From the NCBI GenBank assembly GCA_964016885.1, contig OZ024750.1:5208001-5272000 (forward strand): 64,000 bases of DNA, read 5' to 3'. Shown here in pieces: positions 25,595 through 39,334 of this stretch (its first letter is position 1; each line of letters starts with the position of its first letter). This DNA comes from Eledone cirrhosa (Eukaryota). The translations under genes and the position numbers were made by a program. The notes under the pieces were generated by a model. The model saw nothing but the letters and a program-made list of their open reading frames with translations. It was not told the DNA's origin and searched no databases.

Positions 25595-28482
25595 TGTCAA
25601 TCAATTTCTAGTTGATATAAAATGCTCGAATCTATTCATTGGAATCTTTGAGCTTATTCTACAGTGGATATGACGCATGTCTCTCGGACATGTCACCCTT
25701 AATTTAATTTTGGATATATATATGTGTGTGTGTTTATCCCAGGTTCAATCGGGGGTAAGCACAGTAGGTAAAGTACTCAATACATAGCAGAGTATAAATA
25801 TTTAATATAGAAATGGCTTCTGCAGGACTAGAACTGTTTCAAATGATTTCTTCCGAATGAAACAGTTCTAGTCTTATAGAAGCCATTTATATATATATAT
25901 ATCACCTTGATCGACGAGTCTGTTGGGCGTCCATTTGGCGCCACTGGTCACAGCACGTCATGCTGTTTTAGCCATAAGATAACGCCATCTGGGCGGGTAC
26001 CTCTTCATCTCATTTCTACAGCTGAGCAAACTGGAGCAACGTGAAATAAAGTGTCTTGCTCAAGGAAACAACACATCACCCGGTCCGAGGTTTGAACTCA
26101 CAACCTTTCGATTGCAAGCCCAATGCTCTCTAACCACTAAGCCATGCGCCTTCACTATATATATATAGTGTGTGTGTGTGTGTGTGTTTACAATTATATA
26201 CACATTTAAGCAGTCGCAGTTATCTCTATACTGTAGATATACGGATATAACATTATATATACATATCTTTATTTTATATAGAAATGTCTTCTACAGGACT
26301 AGGACTGTTTCATAAGAATGAAACAGTTCTAGTCCTGTAGAAGAGATTTCTATATAAATTAAAGATCTCTACAAAAGTACTGAGCACCCTTTTTTAACTG
26401 TGGTCGCTTTCTGATCCCACATCGGGATTCGACCCATTATAAATAAATATGTGTGTGTAAAAAAACAATAATTATATATATAAAGGTACACACAACCAGT
26501 CTAGTGACTTCGAAGGCGATGTTACACTTCAGGAGCGGAACTTGTCATGTTTACATCGTGTTGACCTAAAATGAAGGATCGCCTTTTGCCGAAACAAAAC
26601 TTTCAATTTACTCCACTCGCTACTATAAACCAACAAATCACAATACAAATATCAATACAACAATAACAACAGCTAAAGTAAATAGACAAAATCCTATTTG
26701 TATATTTAACAATGAAATGAAAGTAAAATAAGACGAAAATGACAATCGCATCCAACGTGATAATGAGCAATATAAGAAGACACTCCCACCCATTTCAGTG
26801 GGAAAGCAATTTTTTTTTCTTCACACACACATATATAAGTATATATAGGGAGTGTAAGGTGAAGTTACTGTAGATTCACCCAGGTAAGCCCTCGATGTTT
26901 AGGCTCACGTCTATAGCGAGGTGTAGAGCTAAACAGAGTGTAAATATAATAATACAAGGACGATTTGTTAAGCCTTCATTACGCATATATATATATATCA
27001 TCATCCTCATGGAATGTCCACTTCCCCTGCTAGCAAGGGTTGGACGAGTCTTCACACCCTGTACTGTACTGAAATGGGGCTATTGACCTCTCAGACCGCC
27101 TGGAGGTTCACATCTCACTTAGAAATGGTTCCACGTTCTACCAAGTTCACTTTAATATTTACAGTTAACAACATATTGTTTCTACATTCACATCTCTAAT
27201 TACAATAAATTAATCAAAACATCCGGTCCATCCGATCGGCTGATTTTTTTTATTCAATTGAAACGTTCGTATAGAGCTAGTAAGCCATGACTGACTAGAG
27301 GAAGTATCTAGTACTTCTTTCAGTTGAGAAACCAAAAAAAAATGATAGATATAAGAGAATATTTAAAAAAATTAAATACAATATCATACATAGATGGGTT
27401 TATTTGCCTTTATTTAGAATCTCGCTGTGTCAGTAGTGACCTAATAACATTGGCACAAGGCTAGTTAAAGGAGTGGGGCGGGTCCATTATATTGGCTCCA
27501 GTACTTTACTATAGACCACGGAAGAATGAAAGGCGATGTTGAATAGGGAATTTGAATACTACAAAGATCTGACATATTTGCACATCAACCCATGAGGGTT
27601 TCAAATTCCCTGGGAGTGGAGAGCAGCATGTGGAAAGTTGAGATGCGTAATAGCTTTTCGAAAGGCAAATAAAGTTCGAGTAAGGGTGCGGTTTCGTTTC
27701 AAGAGATTATAAAACTGGATTATGTCGAGCGCCAAAAGGAGAAAATATATAATCAAAGAATTTTCTATTTTTACCGACTAAGTTTAGCCCTTTTGATACC
27801 AAATCACCCCTGGTATTATGATATAAACTATTTTAAAGTGATTATATTCATCTAAAAACTTTCCATCATAATTTTATCTCAGAACCTTTGTTAAGTTATG
27901 TTCCTAAATCTCTTCAAATGTTTGATAATTTTCGAAATTATTCGAAAATCATGGGCAGTGTCTTTCCTTAAAAATACGGTAATGAAAGAGTTAATGGTGC
28001 ATGTATTGGTGGAATACTCAACCAGTTTCACGTCAATTTCACAAGCAAGCTGTTCCGTTGATCGAACAACTGGAACACTCATCGTCCGAACATACGGAAG
28101 TCCTTTTACTACTGAAAACTTTACACAGGCACTTTCTTTCATTAGAAATATAATTTTGATAGTTTAAACTAACTTTTATAAAAGTAATGTCGATGTTTTA
28201 AAACAACCCAAATAAAACAATTATGAGATATATTCTGACTAATTACCATGCTACTGTACTTCAAAAAACTTTCTATAGAATTAGCACAAGTTTTAGCCAG
28301 CCGTTAAACAAATCTGGCTCCCATCATGACATTGGAAATTGAAACACTGCCAAAATTTGGATAAGTATTCTGCAACCTCCAGCGAGAAAATATAAAATGA
28401 AAATTGTTTAGAGGATAACTTCATATTTTTTAGCTAATAATTCATTTCAATGTCTTTAAGGAATTTATTATTATTATTAATT

Positions 28483-28741
28483 AGAAACCATTATTTCTAT
28501 CAGTTAACCCGCCTAGGTTAACTTTTCCTTTCATACTTACAGGGTCGATAAAATAAAGTACCAGTAATATACTGGTTAATTGCTGTCCTTGTGCGAACAG
28601 TAGAAACCATTATTTCTATCAGTTAACCCGCCTAGGTTAACTTTTCCTTTCATACTTACAGGGTCGATAAAATAAAGTACCAGTAATATACTGGTTAATT
28701 GCTGTCCTTGTGCGAACAGTAGAAACAATTATTTCTATCAG
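28483..28741 (+). repeat. Tandem 119-bp duplication of a truncated SINE family 1 3' half
   Basis: cagttaacccgcctaggttaac starts at both 28501 and 28620; the units are essentially identical. Confidence 0.85.
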
Positions 28742-29088
28742 GCAAGAAAACCAAACAATCTGTCGTTATAGATTTCCTAGGGAAATGTCAGCTGTTGTTA
28801 ACAGAATATAGCTTATGTTAGTCAGTAGAAACGATTGGAGGACGGACCGGGTGTGGTTCGTTCTCTGAGCAAAGCCTAGGGAACTCTGGACATTATGGGG
28901 GGCGAGCAGGAGGAGAGTCACTAAAAACAACGCGGCCGCAGCAAAGAGGGCATTTAACATGACTATGGGTGAAAAAATGTGACTTGAGGTTGCACGTTGT
29001 TGAACCAGAAACAGCCAGTGACTTCCACGATGCCACGTAAATGATGTGTCCAAAGTTTTGTATCTGTGGATGTGTGAAGAACAAACAC

Positions 29089-29119
<31 letters not shown>

Positions 29120-29216
29120 GGAACGAGTAGGACCCCGACGGCTGAGCTCAAGCCGTTTCGACGGCTAATTCTGGACTAAAATGGTCCATCTGGTTCCTTA
29201 CCACATTTCCTTCGTT

Positions 29217-29284
<68 letters not shown>

Positions 29285-32200
29285 GCCGAGACCCAGATGG
29301 TTGAGCTCTTGCCGTTCCAATAGCTAGTTCAAAACTATATATATATATATATATAAAGAGAGGGGGGGGGGGTAAATATTACTAATGGAGACTAGTAAGT
29401 TTATTATAAATTCAGTTTAGTACTCCATATATTATATATATATATATATATATATCCGTTAAAATATATTTCAATGTGTGCGTAATATCAATAAATGGAA
29501 AATATCTTTATAAAACCCTATTTATTTTATTATACATATTTCAAAGGTACCAATATTTTAGTACGCTTTCGTCAGATAAAATACAATATTTGGTTTAAAG
29601 ATAGTGATATATCTTCATATGAACTTTATGTTATAAGTTCGATATTAATTATACTCCGGAAAAAACTCGTTGAGTGCTTCTAATATGTTATAAATTTACT
29701 TTGTTGAATAATCAACAAAACAAATAACTCATTGTTTATATATTATATATATAGGAAGGGTGGCTGAATAAGCATCCAACGTAAATGTTGAAGTGTGTTG
29801 GTAACAGGTTCCTATACGATATTACCAATGACTAACATTCACATAACTACATAAACATTAAAAAAAAAACTTTAAATAGACAACTAAATAATATTGCCAG
29901 CGCACTTTGTTATATCACAATTAATCGATAGAAAACTTTACTAATAAAAGTGGCAAAATTATATAAATTATACTTAAGCAAAATAACTTATACATATATA
30001 TGCGTATGTATATATATATATGTGTGTGTGTGTGTATATATGTATGTGTTTGTGTATATGTTGGAGTCAATAAAAGAACACTTAATATACAAATGTGCGG
30101 CCGATGTCGCACTTGGTGGTTAATTGATGGTCATTTTTGTTTCCCCTCCCCCTTCTTTCCCTCGCCCTGATCATGTGTTTTGATCCATAAATTATATTTC
30201 GATTTATAAAAGCTGTGTGAGTGTATTCTTTCTATATTTTGTAAAAATTGTGAACAAATTTGTAATATTATTGATACATCTCTGAATAAAAACAGCTATC
30301 TGCAATATACAGACTCTCTGGTGCTCCAGTTTCGCAGAGTTCCTCTCTCTCCACACACACATACACACGTGTGTGTGTGTGCCAGCAGTATAAGCCGACG
30401 TTAAACGATGATTATATATATATATATATATATAAAATCAAACTCTGAACGTTTTAAAATAAAAGCTACCAGTGCAATTAAAATACAGAAACAATTTTTT
30501 TTAAATGCTACACAAAGAAAAAAAAATGGAAAAAAAAAACATGAAGGTTCCCACAACAAAACAAAAAAAAAAACCACCTTTAAACACTGCAGAATCCAAG
30601 ACTACTGAACAGCTTACCTGGCTGACATATAGAATTATATTGGGTTACTCTCTCTAAATATACCTGTAGGTTAGGATGTACATATTATGTGTGTGTGTAT
30701 ATGTATATATAATATAATATATATACAAACACTTAGACACGTGAGCCAGAGATTTGGCGACAGAATATACAATGAAGTTTAATTTATATTCAATATAATC
30801 CAATACGATTAAATATAGTTTTATTTCAATGTTGTATTATGTTCACACACACTAACTAGAATACTGGTTTATAATTTAGAGGAAAGAAAATCGATTAAGT
30901 CTATCGGGTGTGTGTCTGGTACTTTATCGACCCATGGAAGGATGAAAGGCAAAATTGATCTCGACAGGATTAACTTTGCCTAAACAACACTAATAACAAC
31001 AACCAAGAGTCGGAGAAGACATGAGAGAGAGAAATATAGGGGAGTGGTTAACAATCAAATAATATAAGAAGTAAATAGTTATAAAAAAAAGTTTTTTTTA
31101 AAAGTAATGAAATTATATTTGCAAAACGGAAGTGTAACTTCTATGGAAGAAGATTGTGAAACAAGGATTAAAATAATGTTGCGATGGGACACAGCATTAG
31201 AAATGGTGTGAGTGTATGTGTGTATACATATCTGGGGCACCAAAACAGTAAGTGTTTGTTGTTATTTGCAGCCCAAACAGTAATATCTATGAGCATGCAC
31301 ACGAAATCCAACCGTGACCATCCCCACTGAAAGTTTTCGTGAAATAGTCTGTTCAAGACTATACGGAGCATTTGAAGTTGTTCCAAATTGAAGGATGAGT
31401 ACTTTAGACTTTGTTTTATCATGAGTTAAGGCTCTATTGATTTTTCCCTGGATTTCTCTAAATTCTGTTGGATGAATCTATATCCTGATTATTTTTGAAT
31501 TGAGTTTGATTTATTTTCCCCATATCTTATGTTAACTATTTTCCCATTTTGACGCTATAGTCACATATATTATGGAATACTGTTAGCTTCTCGCTACAAC
31601 AATTTCTATACTTTTCATTTATATATATATATATATATATATTAGTTGCTTGGCAAGCAATACGGAAAGGAAACCTTAACTTCAAAAAAATCTATCTACT
31701 CCATGCAATAAGTGCCTTGTGCTGTGTGTTGTGTGTTTTTATCGTTCATATATTTATATACATTTGAGTGTATGTTTAGATGCTTCTCCATGATATATTA
31801 ATTCAAGACAATAATATACTCCAAAATAATTTATTCGAAGTTAGGGTTTGAGTTTGGGGTTCATTCACGTTTTCTGTTTGATTAACTGTTAATCTGGGGC
31901 CAATTAATTTCAGAAGAGTGGCTGAATTATCCCTAACCCTAATTAGGAATAAATTAGTTCGGATTATATTGTCTGTCTTGTATTAATTATATGGGAGGGC
32001 TCTATTCTGGAGAAATGTATGTACATATTTATATATAATCACCTGATCGTAAACCATTTAAAAAGTAATAAACAACAATGAAAAAATAGTAGTGCTACTG
32101 TAAGCAATGAAACAATGTAAACAGAGAAGAATATATATATATACGCACACATACATACAATATATTTATGTATGTATATACACACATTATTCTTTTTAAA

Positions 32201-32619
32201 CAAGGTGCACTTATCGGGGGACAAAAGTTGCAATATCGGGCTCCGATTTAGATTTTTTTTTTGTTTTTAATATCTAAAATCTGTGAGGGATATAATTAAA
32301 GAATGCTTACTTGAAAGACGGTCTGTCAATAGGAATAAAGCTAACCTTTACTGGGCGGCTATTTTAATATTTCCTTATCTACGAATACACACTGCACTGT
32401 GTGTAACATGGCGTCGAGCCGTCACCCGGTGTAGCAGTAAATACTTACACCAAACAAAGATTTCCGCATACACCGATTTGTTTTTTAATTCATAGATTTT
32501 TTTTGTTATTCTTTTACTACACCTGTATTTATCGATTTCTTTTTGGTAAAATGTTAATTTACTCTACATAAACAAACCTACACACACAACACATACATGC
32601 ATGCCAGTGCATATAAATG

Positions 32620-32825
32620 CAGTGTAAATGACCAGGTAAGCAACACACTGCTCTGTAAATGGCCAGGTAGACCTCACATTAAAGTGTAAATGACCAGGTA
32701 GACGTCACACTAAACTGCAAATTACCATGTAGACTTCACATTAAGTGTAAATGACCAGGTAGACCACATACACTACAGTGTAAATGACCAGGTAAAAATT
32801 ACATTAAAGTGAAAATGACCAGCTA
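32620..32825. repeat. Degenerate minisatellite of about 31 bp
   Basis: agtgtaaatgaccaggtaga...cacat repeated 6-7 times. Confidence 0.8.
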
Positions 32826-35091
32826 GATTGAATGCTAAAATGATACCCAATGTGTATCAGAGCTATTTGTTTACCACAATACTTTTCTTACTGTTTCTTG
32901 CCTAATGAATTGGCAAAGTCATAAGAGCATCAAAATATGTCTTGGTTTGGTATTTATTCTGGCTCTCTTCACTCTGAGTTCAAATCCTAGTAACTTTCAT
33001 TCACAAAGCATTGGTCAACCTTAGGCTATAGTAGAATACACTTGCCCAAGGTGCCATAGAGTGGGATTGAACTTGACACTTGCCCATGGCAGCACATAGG
33101 GGAGATTGGTAGAAAATGTAAAAAATGACCATTTTTCTTTGTTTTATATCCAGGCAGTGATTTGACAGAGTCGTTAGAGCATCATATAAAATTCTTTGCA
33201 GTATTTGTTCTGGGTCTTTGTGTTCAAATCCCCACCGAGGTCAACATTGGACTCAATAAATAGAGTACCAGTTGAGAGGTGGTGGGTTGGTAGATTTGTT
33301 AATATGTCAGACAGAATACTTTGCCATATCTGATCTGGCTTTGTATGTTCTGAGTTCAAATTCTACCTCCTCCTGCCAAGAGTTACAGCCAGCAGATTGT
33401 ATCAGAAACAGAAAGACCAATGGAGACAGTTCCTTGGTTTGATTTAATGATCAATTCCTTTCTTTTTACCTGCAGTGTCATGCAGGAATGTTTTAAAGAA
33501 GATTTTATTTGATATCTGTGTCAGAATTTTGACAGAATCTGTGTCAGATCATTGATCAGTTGGTCTTATAGTTGTTGCTGTTTAATTCTAGGTCACTCTT
33601 AATGGATTGTTCCAGCCATGATCATCCCATCTTTTTCAGAGTATCCTCTGACCTTATCTCAGCCAGTGATGTTCTCAATCACTTTGACTCTAATGTAATT
33701 TAACCTCTGTCCTGCACGACCTTAACACAGACTTCAACTTTGTCTGATTCAGCTTTTCCCCTTCAATCCTTTTCATTCTCAAATACTGTTCTTGCTGTTG
33801 TGTGCTGTGTACATTTTTTTTCATTGGGATACCACAACATCCAGTCCAATCTAAAGAGGTTGTGTAGGTGTCATGACAAAAAAAACACCCAGTCCACACT
33901 GTAAAGTGGTCGTGTAGGAGACATGGTAAAAAGGCTCCCAGTCTACACTGTAAATGTGGTTGGTGTTAGGAAGCGCATCCAGCCATAGAAAACCTGCCAA
34001 AGACAGTTCTATACGAGCAAGACACGGTCACTCAATCAATCTTGCCTCAAGTGGGACAATTCCCGTCCAACCCATGCTAGCGTGGAAGATAGACATTAAA
34101 CAATGATGATGATGATGTTGATGTGATGTATGAAAAAATTATAAAGCTCAATTATTGTGTGATGGGTTTTGTACATAAACTGTAAAAATAAATCAATGAT
34201 TTTTCCACTTCTGGGACTCCATAAACTGAAACATGAGAGATTTCCAAAATGAAAAAGTGAAAGTAGTTACCTTTGAAAGTAAAGTGGAAATTTGTACACA
34301 ATAGGATTCTTATTTGACTCATAACATCCTATGTCACATCAAACTGCATCAACAACACATTCTTGTAAAATACAAGAGGACTATGACTAGACAAAGTTGT
34401 AGGATGTTTAGTATTAATTTTTTACATTTTTGACCACTCCTTACTGATGTCAATTCTCTCAACCAATCCCTTTTTCTTCTCACCTTGTTTGTACTTGCCT
34501 TATATTTTCACTTCATCTCACCCTTTCACCATTTCAACCTTTCACAATCTCCCTCCCACATTTCAACTAAACTGTATCTTATTACAAACCTCCCATCACC
34601 ATCCTCTCCTCACTCATTAATTCCTCCTACTTATGCAAGTGGACAACTGACAACTGGCACCTAACAATATTAAAGTAAAAAAGATTTTAAAACAAATAAA
34701 CAAATTTTATTAGAAAAATCTCAATTTTCAGTGACATGAAAACAATAAAGAATTTAATATTTAGTCAAATAAAGAAAACGAGAATAGCATTGAGAAAGAC
34801 TATAAATGAGAGGAAAGGGAGGGTAATGGTTATTACAGAGTTGGCTACCCACAGGTGTGAGCTGGAATGGCTCTTCCAGCACATCTCCCTCACCATCTTC
34901 TGGGGAAACACCTCTATTCTGTCCACTGAGGCCACAGGATGGCCAGTGCATGGGCCTCCATTTGCTCATAATAGTGAGAGATGGGGAGAACAGGAGAGAT
35001 AGAGGCAGCGACAGTGGGAGTTTGGTTCCTTTGTGTTTGTACTTGGTGTATATGTATGTTTCACAGACACTCACTCACCATAGATATAGAC

Positions 35092-35400
35092 CAGTGATTC
35101 TCAACGTGGTCCAGGTGGACCACCGGTGGTCCACATAGCATTTCTAGTGGTCCACAGAGAATTCGTAGCCATAAAAAAATTGTAGCCATTTCACAAAAAT
35201 GTAACTAATATAATATTTTGTTTAATTACACACATGTCCATTATATTTGAAAATTTTGAGATCACAGCTCTGATACTATGGGCATGTCGTTAGAATGTCT
35301 CTAGCAGTTCTATTACAAAAGATTTAAAAGTGTAGGTGGTCCACAGGAAAAAATTACTTATTTTGGTGGTCCACACCGAAAAAAAATTTGAGAACCCCTG
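35092..35400. mobile_element. hAT (Charlie-type) MITE
   Basis: TIRs CAGTGATTCTCAA / TTGAGAACCCCTG, perfect 8-bp TSD ATATAGAC, subterminal GGTCCAC repeats. Confidence 0.9.
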
Positions 35401-35934
35401 ATATAGACTACATCCCAAATCTTTCACAGATAAGGAGATTAAACTATGTTATTTGTTATTTTTTTCTCCTGTTTCTGAACAAAACCTGGTGGCTACTAAA
35501 ATAACATTATATCCTACTTATTCTGTCCATTACTTCTAGTTTCCTCATTTTCAGTTTGTTGAGCAACAAAACTAAAGTATGCAGCTGAACTTATCAAGTT
35601 TTTGCTAGAGAAAGGGCATCCAGCTGTATGCCACATACAATAGTAATAAACAGAAAATAAAGGTCTTTACTATTGCTAAATGGGAAGGTTACGATGGGAT
35701 GGTTTCCTACAAATCCAGGCGGTTCCAAGCTGTATTTAACAATCTAATGTCCTGAACGTATGAATAAAGACTTGAAGAGAATTTAGGAAAGGAATTTACA
35801 ATAAAGAGATTCTTTCAGTGGTGCTATATATAGCCATGTATCTTAGATATTTATAGAAAGGGTATTTGGGACATTGAGGTCATGGTTAATGTTTTGCGGT
35901 ACACATGCACACATGAATATAGTAAATATCTGCA

Positions 35935-36060
<126 letters not shown>

Positions 36061-36124
36061 ATGCAAGAAGTACACATATATATATATATATTGGAAAATG
36101 TGTGTAATCCTTGGTACAGTTAGG

Positions 36125-36397
36125 TATATTAAGACAGGGGGGAAGAAAAAAATGGCTTCACTTGTGCTTTCAACAAATTTATTTTCTTCACAAAATCCCA
36201 AAAGAATTTTTTTCCAGATTAGAAAAAATTTTTTTTTTTTTTAATTTTTATAAATTGAGTCGTTGGAATTTATAAAAAATTTTTTTTTAAAAATTTTTTA
36301 TAATCCGGAAAAAAATTCTTTTGGGATTTTGTGAAGAAAATAAATTTGTTGAAAGCACAAGTGAAGCCATTTTTTTCTTCCCCCCTGTCTTAATATA
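36125..36397. repeat. Fold-back inverted repeat (about 95-bp near-perfect arms)
   Basis: tatattaagacaggggggaagaaaaaaatggcttcac... is mirrored by ...gtgaagccatttttttcttcccccctgtcttaatata. Confidence 0.9.
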
Positions 36398-36417
36398 TAT
36401 ATATATATGTATATATG

Positions 36418-36510
<93 letters not shown>

Positions 36511-37183
36511 ATATATATATTTTTTTAATGCGATGAAATACCAATGATGGTTGGCAAATCACTGATGAGGGACTAATTTTATAATATGTAATCCATGTGC
36601 AACCATGTAGTATTCTTCTCTCCTTGTTTTTCATATATATTTACCTAAACTGCGATTATCTGTTTCTCTCTTTCTCTCTTACTGCTCCCCCGTTCTCTCT
36701 GTTTCTCTTACCTTCTTTCGCCCCCTCTGTCAGTTAACACTTTCTCTCGACTGACCTCTTCCTCGCACTTCCACTCACTCACTCTCTGTTTCTCCCCTTC
36801 TCACTTCCTCCCGTTCGCTAGTAGTGGGGTTCCTTCTTTCTCACACCGCATTCACGGCGTACGGTCTGCTTCTCTGACCACTCATGAAATTCACCCAGCT
36901 TATGCTGATCGGATAACTATCATGTTGCTTGCTGTTTTTCCAACCTTCGGTTTGCTTTTCCTTCTGTTGTTTACTTGTCTCACTCACTTTACGCGTTTCA
37001 CTTGTCCCAATAGCTTATTTTAGTTATTGCTCGCACCAACCCGAGGTATCTGATTTTTAATGCGATGAAATACCAATGAAGGTTGGCAAATCACTGATGA
37101 GGGACTAATTTTATAATATGTAATCCATGTGCAACCATGCAGTATTCTTCTCTCCTTGTTTTTCATATATGTGTGTGTGTGCC

Positions 37184-37243
<60 letters not shown>

Positions 37244-37252
37244 GTGTGTGTG

Positions 37253-37324
<72 letters not shown>

Positions 37325-37346
37325 TATATATATATATATGTACATA

Positions 37347-37685
37347 GAAGGCACATGGCTTAGTAGTTAGAGCATTGGCCTTGTAATCGAAAGGTTGTGA
37401 GTTCAATTCTCAGACCGGGTGATGTGTTGTTTCCTTGAGCAAGACACTTTATTTCACATTGCTCCAGTTTACTCAGCTGTAGAAATGAGATGATAGGACT
37501 GGGGTCCCTATCATTCCACTGTAAAGTGGTCATGGAGGTGCCACGGCAAAAAAAAGCACCCACCACTCACTGTAAATGAGGGTGGTGTTAGGAAGGGCAT
37601 CCAGCTGTAGAAATCAAGCCAGAATCAGTTCCCGTCCCACCCTTGCAAGCAGGGTAAAGTGGACATAAAAATGAAATGATGATGA
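37347..37685 (+). mobile_element. tRNA-derived SINE family 2 (CORE-like body, RTE-like (GAT)n tail)
   Basis: A-box tggcttagtagttag, B-box gagttcaattc, ccttgagcaagacacttta, ttaggaagggcatccagc, (ATG)n end. Confidence 0.78.
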
Positions 37686-37711
37686 CATATATATATATAT
37701 GTATGTATATA

Positions 37712-37756
<45 letters not shown>

Positions 37757-37926
37757 ATATGTATGTATATATGTATATATATATGTATGTATATATGTAT
37801 ATATATATGTATGTATATATGTATATATATATATGTATGTATATATGTATATATATATGTATGTATATATGTATATATATATGTATGTATATATATGTAT
37901 ATATATGTATGTATGTATGTATATAT
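37686..37926. repeat. (TA)n/(TATG)n compound microsatellite
   Basis: Directly visible in the sequence. Confidence 0.9.
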
Positions 37927-38692
37927 TAGTGTCTCTTAACCAAGATGATATTTACCAAAAAGAAGAACAAGTCAACATCATTGGATACCATCAGGACTGG
38001 CTTTGTGCAGTGCCTTTGCTCACTATAAAAGCTTCACGGCACAGGCATTGCTTTATATCTGGAGATCTCTCTGCACTTGTCGTCACATGGTACCATGGGC
38101 CCAACACTATGTGTCAATAATTGTCACAGGTGTAGTGTTTGTACCAGAGTTTTCAATATACTGTATGTTTAATTAAAAACATTTAGAAGACCTTGCGCTA
38201 TCAGTTTTAAAGTAGTGACTATGTTACTCACTTCTTTTCGGCAAAAGAAGGGAGAGAAGCTGACAGTCGAGAATTATAGAAGCTGGATTCTTATAGAATT
38301 CCAGTAATAATTGTTTCTACTTTTGGCACAAGGCCAGCAATAACCCAGTAGATTACTGGTACTTTATTTTATCAACCCCATAAGGATGAAAGGCAAAGTT
38401 AACCTTGGTGGGTCAGGTCTGATTATACAGAGCGATTTCCGGTCCAGTGCCAAATATACTATACATACATTCATATATATATATATATATGCCCACATAC
38501 AACAGTTATAACCTATACCTATATTTGTCCCAACTTTTATAATTAATCTATTAATGAACTCAGCACTTTTAAACCTTTGATATTTTCTGTATCTTTTAAA
38601 ATAAAACAATCACAACAATAAGATATCAACAAGGATTTGCTATATATCCGACCCATGGTAGCATAAAGGAGGGGGGAGGGGGCAGCAGTTAA

Positions 38693-38930
38693 ATGATGGC
38701 GATGATGATGATGATGGTGGTGGTGGTGATGATGATTATGGTGGTGGTGGTGGTGATGATGGTGGTGATGGTGATGATGATGATGGTGGTGGTGGTGGTA
38801 ATGATGGTGGTGGTGGTGATGATGGTGGTGGTGGTGGTGGTGGTGGTGGTGGTGGTGGTGGTGATGATGATGGTGGTGGCGATGATGATGGTGGTGGTGG
38901 TGGTGGTGGCGATGGTGATGGTCATGATTG
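38693..38930. repeat. (GGT)n/(GAT)n trinucleotide repeat
   Basis: Directly visible in the sequence. Confidence 0.95.
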
Positions 38931-39334
38931 TCTATGAAACGGATGTGTTGATGAACGCAACAACAGAAATAGATGTTACACTCTTAGGCTAAACTGCTGG
39001 TGAGCTAGTGAGTCAGGCTTACTCCCAGCACCATCCACCAATTCTAATCTATTATATGTGGCTACAAAGAACTAACGTGTATACACTTGTTTTCCTTTTT
39101 TATTAACTATATATATTATGTTAATTTGCTCAATTATATATATTTTTCTCCATTTTTTTTTCTTTTTCTTTTCTACAGTACTAAGCTCTTTATTTCAAAG
39201 TATTTATATTTATCTTAATACCTTCCATCTTTATTTTATGTAAAAAACCTTTGTTAAGTTATGTTCCAAACACCTGTTAAATAGTCAGAAAGTTAGTTAT
39301 ACTACTAAATTCCTTGAAATTCCTGATTATTTTC

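Noticed and set aside
37347-37430. tRNA gene (A and B boxes)
   Set aside because: No complete cloverleaf; it continues into a SINE body found in multiple copies.
38689-38992. Poly-Thr/Ile and poly-Val/Met ORFs
   Set aside because: Translation of a trinucleotide microsatellite.
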